DNA from: a virus
Taxonomy: Duplodnaviria > Caudoviricetes
DNA length: 51,358 bases
Virus record (IMG/VR): IMGVR_UViG_3300028018_000002
Coordinates: 1-51,358 of that record
Strand: one strand, 5' to 3'
Shown here: positions 1 to 7,608 of the stretch, in pieces
How the letters are laid out: each line of letters begins with the position of its first letter
How positions within the stretch are numbered: position 1 is the first letter of the stretch
Notes under the pieces: generated by a model
Databases searched by the model: none
The model's input: the letters and a program-made list of their open reading frames with translations, nothing else
What the model was told of the DNA's origin: nothing
Made by a program: the position numbers and the translations under genes

Positions 1-2
1 GA

Positions 3-127
3 GACAGACGACCTATTGAGACGGTGCACTTGGAGCAGTGGGGCAAGTGGCAAACTCGGATCATCAGAGCATGACGACGGACGGTGTGACGTGGCGGTTT
101 CCGATGCGGTCGTGTCGCGTCTATGAC
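3..127. repeat. Terminal direct repeat, left copy (125 bp)
   Basis: gacagacgacctattgag...cgtctatgac is identical to 51232-51356, implying a circular unit of 51229 bp. May be assembler overlap. Confidence 0.95.
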
Positions 128-430
128 GCCGACACACTGATGGACGCACGTCTTGATCTGGGCTTCGGGATCTCGATTGTGATCACCGCGAGACTCTACG
201 GCATCAACGCACCGGAAGTGCGTGGGCCAGACAAGCAGCAAGGCATCCGGTCGCGTGAATGGTTGCAAGCACGTCTCGACATTGCGACGAACGTGTTGGT
301 AGAAACGCGACCAGACGGAGAGCGGTCGGTCGGCAAGTACGGTCGGTGGCTCGTGGTTGTGTGGGCTGACGACGACAACCTCAATGATGCACTCGTCGAC
401 GAAGGGTATGCCGTGCGTGCCACCTATTAA
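71..430 (+). CDS. Staphylococcal-nuclease (thermonuclease)-like protein
   Basis: RVYDADT...DLGF...RLYGINAPE...GKYGRWL...LNDALVDEGYA motifs. On circularisation its ATG overlaps the TGA of ORF 49903-51303 (ATGA). Confidence 0.85.
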   Translation: MTTDGVTWRFPMRSCRVYDADTLMDARLDLGFGISIVITARLYGINAPEVRGPDKQQGIRSREWLQARLDIATNVLVETRPDGERSVGKYGRWLVVVWADDDNLNDALVDEGYAVRATY

Positions 431-528
431 GACGCAGCACATCGTCGTGCGTGACATGGAGGAACTGATCGCATGGCTGTACCCTGACAAACCAGCAGCA
501 GTACCGACTCAGATTGGGATGTTTGACG

Positions 529-786
529 ATGCCGAGAACAGTGAACAACGGCGACTGGAACGAGATGAAGCGACTCGTGCTGAGTCGCATGGACGAACAT
601 CGAAGCAAACTCGAAGACCTTGACGAACACGTCACGCAGATCAACACGAAGCTCGCTGTCCTTGCCGACCGCGAGACACGCGAACTGGCGATGGCGAAGT
701 CGATGTCGATGAAAGTCGCGGCGACGATTGGCACGATAGTCTCGGCGATTGTTGCTGGATTGGTTGGAGTGTTTGGTGACAAGTGA
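529..786 (+). CDS. Putative holin / XhlA-like membrane protein
   Basis: N-terminal coiled coil plus one C-terminal hydrophobic helix (VAATIGTIVSAIVAGLVGVF). Overlaps the endolysin start. Confidence 0.55.
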   Translation: MPRTVNNGDWNEMKRLVLSRMDEHRSKLEDLDEHVTQINTKLAVLADRETRELAMAKSMSMKVAATIGTIVSAIVAGLVGVFGDK

Positions 787-1309
787 CATCGACAAGATTC
801 TTGACGCAGTACTCGACCGCGAAGGATGGCCGACCTACGCGGTGCATCCGAACGACAAAGGCGGTCCGACCAAAGGTGGCATCACGCTTCGCACGTTGGA
901 GAGTTGGCGACACCGTCGATGTACGCGTGCCGAGTTGCGACGTCTCACCAAAGACGAAGCACTGGAGATTCTTTGCAGACGGTACGTCGAGACAAACGGC
1001 ATCGATAAACTGACTGACGTGTCGTTGCAAGCACAAGTGATTGACGACGCCGTGTTGTCCGGTCCGGTACTCGCCGTGAAAGATTTACAACGCACGCTTG
1101 GAACCGTCAGTGTCGACGGCATCATCGGCCCGCAGACACTCGCCGCAGTCGATGCGTATAACGGCATCACCAATCCATATCCAGCCGCACTCTGTCGACG
1201 TCTCGCCGTGACACGCACACTGCGTCTCACTCGACACGTGCAACAGCATCCCGATCAACTGGTTTTCCTAACCGGCTGGGTCACTCGCACGCTGTCGTTC
1301 GTGGCGTAA
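776..1309 (+). CDS. Endolysin, glycoside hydrolase family 108 with peptidoglycan-binding C-terminus
   Basis: REGW...HPNDKGGPTKGGIT, LQRTLG..VDGIIGPQTLAA, FLTGWVTR. GTG start after GGAG. Confidence 0.85.
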   Translation: MTSDIDKILDAVLDREGWPTYAVHPNDKGGPTKGGITLRTLESWRHRRCTRAELRRLTKDEALEILCRRYVETNGIDKLTDVSLQAQVIDDAVLSGPVLAVKDLQRTLGTVSVDGIIGPQTLAAVDAYNGITNPYPAALCRRLAVTRTLRLTRHVQQHPDQLVFLTGWVTRTLSFVA

Positions 1310-1359
1310 TTTGCAGTTGCTGCGTTATTCCGAACAACACCAAACGCAATAGAACATCC

Positions 1360-1387
1360 AAAAAACCTCAATATTGTTAGGGTTTTT
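1360..1387. terminator. Putative (bidirectional) intrinsic terminator after the lysis genes
   Basis: AAAAAACC-tcaatattgttag-GGTTTTT inverted repeat with A/T tracts on both sides. Confidence 0.55.
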
Positions 1388-1415
1388 GCGTGTTTTTATT
1401 TATGCATATTAATTG

Positions 1416-1445
1416 TTTACATGTCGTAATAATCAAAAGTATAAT
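1416..1445 (+). promoter_or_regulatory. Sigma70-type promoter (probable early promoter)
   Basis: TTTACA-18 bp-TATAAT preceded by an AT-rich UP-like tract, in an otherwise GC-rich genome. Confidence 0.75.
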
Positions 1446-1449
1446 TTCT

Positions 1450-2040
1450 TCAGTTCGTTGATAACTGAATACGGTGAATAACCAAGAAGTGCGACAGCTG
1501 TCGAAAGCGGCAACTTCACTCACCGACGCGCACCGACACCGACTGACGCAAAGCTAAAACCGATTCAACCAAGACTGTGACCACGGCGCAAGTCGCACCG
1601 CAGCCACGCAACAGTCAACACTGTCACCGCGCACTGAGACAACAGACAAAAACACGCACAGCAAGTTGGCAACCACGCCACGTTATTCTCATCAGTAGGC
1701 GATAGCCGAGGTGAAGGCTTTGTTGTCAGACCCGTTCACGGCAGACACCGTGAGCGACTGACGACCGTGTTGTGTTTGCACTGTTTGATGTTGGTCGTCG
1801 ATACGCGACAGCGGATGGACACCAATCGCATCACTCACTGCAACACAACATCGTGACCGAGGAACCCACGATGAGAGAGAACGCGAAAGCGTGGTCAACG
1901 CACTGCCGAGATAATCGGCGAGACGGACGTTGAAGAACTCTCACGAGTGAAGACACCGGGTGCACCCAATCGGGGCAAGAGTAAGACCAGCGAGAGCAGT
2001 GACACTCGCGGCTGTGCAATCACACCAAGTTCATCCCGAA
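1450..2040 (+). ncRNA. Candidate large structured non-coding RNA / leader (~600 nt), family not recognised
   Basis: No credible ORF. Dense hairpins: ggtga..gaagt..GAAA..acttc..tcacc, cgttcacgg/ccgtgagcg, catcgtg/cacgatg, acgc-GAAA-gcgt, gccga/tcggc. Lies directly downstream of the promoter. Confidence 0.45.
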
Positions 2041-2084
2041 CGTTGTTCCCGACCTCGGCGTCCTGTCGAGGTCGGCATAGAACG
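2041..2084 (+). repeat. Structured intergenic element, copy 1
   Basis: CGTTGTTC-[CCGACCTCGGC gtcct GTCGAGGTCGG]-CATAGAACG. Confidence 0.75.
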
Positions 2085-2135
2085 CTCGGTCTGACAACTC
2101 GCAACTGCGATCAATGCACCGCGAAGGAGAGAACG

Positions 2136-2528
2136 ATGAATTGGATACGACCACACACACGACTCTCTATCTATTTGAGAGATGGCCTAGCCTGCGCATG
2201 GTGCGGGCAGTCCGTTGAAGACGGCGCACAGTTGACGTTGGATCATTGCAAGCCCAGAAGCAAGGGCGGCAGCAACGAGACGACCAACCTTGTGACCTCA
2301 TGTTTCCGGTGCAACGCCAGTCGCGGAACGCGGTCGCTCAAAGCGTTTAGCATCGCGGTCGCCAGCTACGTGAACCACGGTGTCGACGCGAAGGACATCC
2401 GAGATCACATCACTGCGTGTCGTCGTCGCAGTCTTAACACCTACAAGTCCGAAGCAAAGTCCATGATGAGTCGGCGCGGAAAGACCGGAACAAAGATGAT
2501 GTCGGCGTTACGTTCGGTGCCTTGCTAA
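2136..2528 (+). CDS. HNH endonuclease
   Basis: RDGLACAWCG...LTLDHCKPRSKGGSNETTNLVTSCFRCNASRG. AAGGAG RBS. Confidence 0.9.
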   Translation: MNWIRPHTRLSIYLRDGLACAWCGQSVEDGAQLTLDHCKPRSKGGSNETTNLVTSCFRCNASRGTRSLKAFSIAVASYVNHGVDAKDIRDHITACRRRSLNTYKSEAKSMMSRRGKTGTKMMSALRSVPC

Positions 2529-2566
2529 TGCGCTCAGTGCGGTCAACGACCGCGAAGGAGAGAACG

Positions 2567-2764
2567 ATGAATCATCTGGACACAAGCATCGTGATGGTCA
2601 AGCAGGTCAAGAAGGGCGACCTCGTCCGAATCGGCAAGAGCGTCTACACAAGAGACGACTACTGCCGCGAAGAGAAGAAGTACATCCTGACTCGGTGGGA
2701 CGACATCGGTCGCTCGCGATTGGTGCGTGGGTCGTACTTGGTTGAGGTTGGGTTTACGTTCTAA
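2567..2764 (+). CDS. Small hypothetical protein (65 aa)
   Basis: AAGGAG RBS. The leader accgcgaaggagagaacgatgaat is identical to that of the HNH gene (2118-2141 vs 2549-2572). Confidence 0.75.
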   Translation: MNHLDTSIVMVKQVKKGDLVRIGKSVYTRDDYCREEKKYILTRWDDIGRSRLVRGSYLVEVGFTF

Positions 2765-2772
2765 GCGTTGGA

Positions 2773-2842
2773 CGTTGTTCGGACGGTCGAGCTTTTCGAC
2801 CGTCCCATAGAACGCCCAACCACAACGCAGCCAAAGCGCTGC
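2773..2842 (+). repeat. Structured intergenic element, copy 2
   Basis: CGTTGTTC-[GGACGGTCGA gcttt TCGACCGTCC]-CATAGAACG, then a GCAGC-caaagc-GCTGC hairpin. Confidence 0.85.
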
Positions 2843-2856
2843 ACGAAAGGAACACC

Positions 2857-3111
2857 ATGACAAAACGACAAGAACAGATGAGGCGTCGACTGCTTGAACT
2901 CGTTGCAGAGAATCCCGGTCTGACAGGAGGAGAATTGAAAATGATCGGACGGACGTCGCGGATGCACGGCAACTTCAAAGATGCCGAGAACGATGGCGAT
3001 ATCATGTGGGGCGAGAATGCAGCCAATCCAAACATGACAGAAGGCTACAAGCGGTCGGGCTGGTTCATTACAGATCAAGGCGCATGGCGCATCTCAATCA
3101 TGTCGAACTGA
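2857..3111 (+). CDS. Hypothetical protein (possibly winged-helix-like)
   Basis: AAAGGAA RBS. Flanked by element copies 2 and 3. Confidence 0.65.
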   Translation: MTKRQEQMRRRLLELVAENPGLTGGELKMIGRTSRMHGNFKDAENDGDIMWGENAANPNMTEGYKRSGWFITDQGAWRISIMSN

Positions 3112-3116
3112 TTCGA

Positions 3117-3188
3117 CGTTGTTCGGGTGGTCGACTTGGTCGACCATCCTCTAGAACGCCTAACTCACAATGCAGCCAACGCGCTGCA
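3117..3188 (+). repeat. Structured intergenic element, copy 3
   Basis: CGTTGTTC-[GGGTGGTCGA cttgg TCGACCATCC]-TCTAGAACG, then TGCAGC-caacgc-GCTGCA. Confidence 0.85.
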
Positions 3189-3206
3189 AGAAAGAAGAGA
3201 CAACAC

Positions 3207-3557
3207 ATGGAAGACACTTCAAGAAAATCAATTCCCAATCTCGACACGTTAGGCGACCCGTATGGGTCAGACAAACAGCCATTAACGGACAACGACAAAC
3301 TGATGATGGAATTAGTTGATGTTGTTTATCGAACAACGTTCGAGTTGGAACGAAGTCTTAGTCATGCCAAGGACACCATCGAACGGGCGCAAAAGGATCT
3401 TGCGAACGACATGACGTTGAACTCTTGCGGCATCCTGCAATCGACCGGTACTGAGATTGACAAGCTGGTGGCGCAGCGTCACCAAGCCATCAACGCTCTC
3501 ATCAAGGCTGCTTTCCATCTCGGCTACGAGACACCAACACCTGACCTCTGGAAGTGA
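3207..3557 (+). CDS. Hypothetical helical protein
   Basis: ATG directly after element copy 3; coiled-coil-like sequence. Confidence 0.65.
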   Translation: MEDTSRKSIPNLDTLGDPYGSDKQPLTDNDKLMMELVDVVYRTTFELERSLSHAKDTIERAQKDLANDMTLNSCGILQSTGTEIDKLVAQRHQAINALIKAAFHLGYETPTPDLWK

Positions 3558-3558
3558 A

Positions 3559-3639
3559 CGTTGCTCGGACGGTCGACGTGTTCGACCGTCTCATGGAACG
3601 TTTAGTTCCGTTTGTTACTGATGCAGCCAAGGTGCTGCA
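3559..3639 (+). repeat. Structured intergenic element, copy 4
   Basis: CGTTGCTC-[GGACGGTCGA cgtgt TCGACCGTCT]-CATGGAACG, then TGCAGC-caaggt-GCTGCA. Confidence 0.85.
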
Positions 3640-3650
3640 AGGAGAGAGAG

Positions 3651-3974
3651 ATGAACTTCATCTGCAAAGGTTATTGGACGCATCGTGAGTATGACATCTC
3701 GCATGGTGCATTCGTCGGCACATCGGATGATCGTGCGGACCGCTGGTACATCGACCACGTCGACTCAACGACTGCCGACAGACGCGGTGAAGGATTCAAG
3801 ACGCTGGCTGACTGCCGGGAATACATCGACCTGCTGCACGGCGTGAAAGATCAATACGTTGACCTCACGTGTCCGCATTGCAACGAGTGGATTGGCGATC
3901 CTGACAACGAAGACATCGCCAGCATTTCGGTCAGGCACGATATCAGCAAGTGCGAAGAACGGAAATACTGCTAA
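3651..3974 (+). CDS. Hypothetical protein with C-terminal CPHC motif
   Basis: AAGGAG RBS; CxxC motif. Confidence 0.7.
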   Translation: MNFICKGYWTHREYDISHGAFVGTSDDRADRWYIDHVDSTTADRRGEGFKTLADCREYIDLLHGVKDQYVDLTCPHCNEWIGDPDNEDIASISVRHDISKCEERKYC

Positions 3975-3999
3975 GAGATGTATGTACTTGTACGTACTA

Positions 4000-4026
4000 A
4001 GAGAGAGAACTTATAGTTCTCTCTCT
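4000..4026. repeat. Perfect 12-bp inverted repeat in an AT-rich spacer
   Basis: AGAGAGAGAACT-tat-AGTTCTCTCTCT, overlapping a second IR tctctatt-a-aatagaga. Confidence 0.8.
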
Positions 4027-4069
4027 ATTAAATAGAGACAACACCAAACCAAACGGAGAAGAAGTGATT

Positions 4070-4291
4070 ATGTCTATATCGACCTACGCACCATGCGTCT
4101 GCTGTGCTGATGTGAATGATCACATCGCTTCGCATCTCGACCCAGATGCGACATTGGTTGGAGATGAACATGCCTCAGAGGTGCTGGATGAACTGACCGC
4201 GTGCCTTGATGAGACTGCCCAAGTTACCGTGGATCAGTTCGCACGCTACCTCAGCACTCTACGCATTCGCACGGAGCGGAGGTCATCGTGA
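4070..4291 (+). CDS. Hypothetical protein
   Basis: ORF after GGAG. Start could be 4064. Confidence 0.5.
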   Translation: MSISTYAPCVCCADVNDHIASHLDPDATLVGDEHASEVLDELTACLDETAQVTVDQFARYLSTLRIRTERRSS

Positions 4292-4399
4292 GCGACTGGC
4301 TCTGGCAGTACTCGGATGTTATTCGGCTAACGCTCGCACTGGCTTGTGCGTGGCTTGTAATGACCGACACGCACCGTGTGCTATTTGAGGAGGACGACG

Positions 4400-4627
4400 A
4401 TGGCACAGAGTGAAGCATTGCGACAGGCTGCTGACTTGATTGACTCGGTCGTGGAGCAACTCGACATCAGCGGCAACACGTGCACCGAGTGTGGGACGTT
4501 GCGCCGGTACAGCTGGACTGAGTATCAGGCGGCTGTGGCACTGCGACATATGCCGATGAAGCTACGTGACCACGCAGACAAGCTGACAATGGGCGAGGCA
4601 GGCCGAAGCAGACTCAACAACATTTAA
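4400..4627 (+). CDS. Hypothetical protein with CxxC
   Basis: GAGGAGG RBS; CTECG motif. Confidence 0.65.
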   Translation: MAQSEALRQAADLIDSVVEQLDISGNTCTECGTLRRYSWTEYQAAVALRHMPMKLRDHADKLTMGEAGRSRLNNI

Positions 4628-4655
4628 CCCGTTACTTTTTCTGGAGGTGCTTTCA

Positions 4656-6230
4656 ATGAAAGCCAAGACAACCATCGACGAGCAAGTCATCACCGCACGA
4701 CGTGTCTCGACATCGCTCATCGCTATCGAGACGCCTGATCCCGGTGCAACGAACAAGGCGTTGTTCGCCGCAGTTGAAGCGTTCGACGCTGAACGTGACC
4801 GTCCTATCTCAGCACAGTTCGTCTGGGATGCGGTCAACGGCATTCGACCGGTCAACGACCAAGCCGCACAAGCGTTGTCGTCGATGCTAGAACCTGTCGG
4901 TGGAGACGCACTGGCGACCGCACATCCAACCCAAGCGTTGAACGTGCTTGGCACTGCACCACGCAATGCGTTCGTCGTTATGGCGAACGTGCATCTGTAC
5001 TGGGAGGCGTCACGACTTGACCCAAGTGTCGTGCAAGCCATTTGGAATCTGCGTGACAGTTACAAGGGCAACGGTCGCACGCTGGTGATGACGATGCCGA
5101 CGTGTGTGTTACCGGCTGAACTGCGACACGACGTGGTCGTGTTCGCTGAACCGCTGCCGCAGTGCGATGACTTCAAGCAGATCGTGAATGGTGTCTACAA
5201 GAGCGGTCAGCTTGATGCACCGTCTGACGAGGTCATGGACGAGGCGGTTCATGCGTTGGCTGGACTCGCACCACAGCAAGCCGAGCAGGTCGCGGCGATG
5301 TCGTTGCGAAAGACCGGACTCGACATGGACGCGATGCGTCAGCACCAGCGAGACACAATCAAGCAAACGCCGGGTGTCAAAGTCTGCGACGGCGACACAA
5401 CCTTCGATCAACTGCGTGGACTTGATGCACTGACCGGTTTCATTCGCAACGTGATCAAAGGCAAGCGACCACCACGTGCGTTCGTCTTCATCGACGAAAT
5501 CGAGAAGATGATGGCTGGTGCGTTCGGTGGTGGTGACTCAAGCGGCACGAGTCAAGAACAGCACGGTTACACCCTGAAGTTCATGGAAGAGAACGACGTG
5601 GACGGTGTCATCGTCGTCGGCGGTCCCGGCACTGGTAAGACGGCGCTCTGTCAGGCGAGTGGCAACGAAGCTGGTTGTTGGACGTTAGAAGCGGACTTCG
5701 GTGCGATGAAGGGATCGCTGGTTGGTGAGACGGGACAGATGACTCGCAAGGCGTTCGACGTCATCAAAGCTATCGGACAAGGGTCGTTGTTCTTCATCGC
5801 CACGTGTAACAACATCGACAACCTTCCTCCTGAGTTGCGACGTCGGTTCAAGTGCGGTGTCTGGTACGTTGAGACTCCAGACAAAAGCACATTGAAAGCG
5901 TTGTGGAAACTGTATGGCAAGAAGTTCGACGTGAAGACAACCGGCGTGAACTTCGACGAAGGCTGGACAGGAAGCGACGTCAAGAACTGCTGCCAGACGG
6001 CTGACCGTCTCGGCATCAGCGTGCAGGAAGCTTCGCGTTTCATCTGTCCGATAGCGAAGTCGTCACCGGAAGTGATTCGGAAGTTGCGACGGTTGGCACA
6101 CAACCGATTCCTCGACGCGGCGAACGGTGGCATCTATCAGGACGCTGCCGCACCAACCACCGACGACAGCACAGCAGTCGTCGTCGGCGACACCTCACCC
6201 GACCGTATCTTCGACATGGACGAATCGTAA
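4656..6230 (+). CDS. Ycf46-like AAA+ ATPase with rearranged motif order
   Basis: Degenerate N-terminal AAA-like domain. VFIDEIEK (Walker B), GGPGTGKT (Walker A), SLVGET pore region, ATCN sensor 1, LPPELRRRF, GWTGSDV. GGAGGT RBS. Confidence 0.85.
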   Translation: MKAKTTIDEQVITARRVSTSLIAIETPDPGATNKALFAAVEAFDAERDRPISAQFVWDAVNGIRPVNDQAAQALSSMLEPVGGDALATAHPTQALNVLGTAPRNAFVVMANVHLYWEASRLDPSVVQAIWNLRDSYKGNGRTLVMTMPTCVLPAELRHDVVVFAEPLPQCDDFKQIVNGVYKSGQLDAPSDEVMDEAVHALAGLAPQQAEQVAAMSLRKTGLDMDAMRQHQRDTIKQTPGVKVCDGDTTFDQLRGLDALTGFIRNVIKGKRPPRAFVFIDEIEKMMAGAFGGGDSSGTSQEQHGYTLKFMEENDVDGVIVVGGPGTGKTALCQASGNEAGCWTLEADFGAMKGSLVGETGQMTRKAFDVIKAIGQGSLFFIATCNNIDNLPPELRRRFKCGVWYVETPDKSTLKALWKLYGKKFDVKTTGVNFDEGWTGSDVKNCCQTADRLGISVQEASRFICPIAKSSPEVIRKLRRLAHNRFLDAANGGIYQDAAAPTTDDSTAVVVGDTSPDRIFDMDES

Positions 6231-6241
6231 GGAGGTAGATC

Positions 6242-6694
6242 ATGAGTCACGTTGCGAATGTGGAAGTAGAGATCAACGACCTCGATGCGCTGAAAACGGC
6301 GTGCACCAAACTCGGCATCGAGTTCGTGGAAGGGCAGACAACCTACGCATGGTACGACCGCTATCTTGCCGACTCTGATGTGGGTCGTCAGACGGTGCAA
6401 GATGGTTTCAAACCAGAGGACTTCGGGAAGTGCGAACACGCCATCAAGGTGCCGGGGTCGGACTATGAAGTTGGTGTCGTCAAGAACCCGACCGGGAACG
6501 GTTACCGGTTGATCTACGACGAGTATGGATCAAACGGTAGCGCTATCACGCAACGTCTGGGCGGCACGCAACTCACCACACTCAAGACGGAGTATGGAGT
6601 GGCACGAGCGACACGGCATCTGCAACGAAGTGGGTATCGCGTCGTGCGTCGTGTTCTAGCAAACGGCACCGTGAAGATCACAGGAGTCCAATAA
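6242..6694 (+). CDS. DUF1257 / Ycf35-like protein
   Basis: MSHVANVEVEINDLDALKTAC..LG...YRLIYD...G.VKI pattern; typical partner of Ycf46-like ATPases. Confidence 0.75.
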   Translation: MSHVANVEVEINDLDALKTACTKLGIEFVEGQTTYAWYDRYLADSDVGRQTVQDGFKPEDFGKCEHAIKVPGSDYEVGVVKNPTGNGYRLIYDEYGSNGSAITQRLGGTQLTTLKTEYGVARATRHLQRSGYRVVRRVLANGTVKITGVQ

Positions 6695-6879
6695 TGAAAA
6701 CGATTGACGTGATCATCGACACGGACGGGAACATCGAAGTGCAGACAAGCGGGTTCGTTGGTGCTGAGTGCAAGAAGGCAACGGCTGAATTGGAACGACA
6801 ACTCGGCAAGGTCACGCACGATGAAGTGACTCCTGACTACCACAAGCGTCCACTCACCACTATCAAGGCGAGAGGCTAA
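6694..6879 (+). CDS. DUF2997-like protein
   Basis: IDTDGNIEVQTSGFVGAECKKATAELERQLG...TPDY pattern. Confidence 0.8.
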   Translation: MKTIDVIIDTDGNIEVQTSGFVGAECKKATAELERQLGKVTHDEVTPDYHKRPLTTIKARG

Positions 6880-7127
6880 TGGTCGACATCACAATCCAAG
6901 GCGATTGCATGACGTTCATCTATGCCGACAACCTCGCACCGCTACTCGACGAAGGCGTTGCGACGGTCCAACGAGTCAGTCACGTCGAACCATCCTGCAT
7001 TGATGGTCGACATGGTTGGACGGCTGACATGACACCGGTCAACGGTCCAGTGCTGGGGCCGTTCGTTACTCGTGCCGAAGCACTCAACGCCGAACACGTC
7101 TGGCTGCAAGAAGAGCGAGGCTTGTAA
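6879..7127 (+). CDS. Conserved hypothetical protein of the AAA/DUF1257/DUF2997 operon
   Basis: RVSHVEP...WTADM.PV.GPVLGPF..RAEALNAE..WL; translationally coupled. Confidence 0.75.
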   Translation: MVDITIQGDCMTFIYADNLAPLLDEGVATVQRVSHVEPSCIDGRHGWTADMTPVNGPVLGPFVTRAEALNAEHVWLQEERGL

Positions 7128-7597
7128 TGGCGAAGAAGAAGGTCGGACCGTTTGCAGTGCTTGGGAGGTTTAACAGCACACGCAATCCCGAGAACATCTA
7201 TGTGGTGAAAAGGCACCACGACGTTGACGAGAATGATAGCAAGCACGTCTCGTGTAGTTGTCCCGGCTGGCGATTCTCGCCAAAGAAAAACGACGGCGAC
7301 TACACCTGTCGCCATGTGGAGTACGTAAAGGAACACGGCGAAGGCACGATCAAACAAGCGAAGTATGTGAACAGTGCCATCGTGCGTGCCACGGTGCGTG
7401 CTGATCGGAAAGGATTAACCGACGACCCGAAGACGATACTGGCACGAGCGTGTCAGTCAGCAAGTGTTCATCTCAGTGACCATGCGTTCCGTCAGTTGTT
7501 GAAAGCGTTGAGGCCGCACCTGTCTGGTCAGGCGGTAACAACATCGTCCACCACCACCGACGCCAGCAACGTGCTGCGCGTCATCACACTCGATTGA
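7127..7597 (+). CDS. SWIM zinc-finger protein
   Basis: SCSCPGW...CRH (CxCxnCxH). Confidence 0.75.
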   Translation: MAKKKVGPFAVLGRFNSTRNPENIYVVKRHHDVDENDSKHVSCSCPGWRFSPKKNDGDYTCRHVEYVKEHGEGTIKQAKYVNSAIVRATVRADRKGLTDDPKTILARACQSASVHLSDHAFRQLLKALRPHLSGQAVTTSSTTTDASNVLRVITLD

Positions 7598-7608
7598 GAG
7601 GCCACCAC

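Noticed and set aside
3-127. Biological direct terminal repeat of the virion DNA
   Set aside because: The length is close to a typical assembler k-mer overlap and it falls mid-gene. It is treated as evidence of circularity only.
1545-1560. c-di-GMP-I riboswitch (GACGCAAAGC)
   Set aside because: Only this short word matches; the upstream GGCAAAC-stem-GAAA architecture is not in the required position.
2041-3650. Repeated stem-loops as hammerhead ribozymes or intrinsic terminators
   Set aside because: No CUGANGA/GAAA core and no U-tracts. Kept as an unclassified element.
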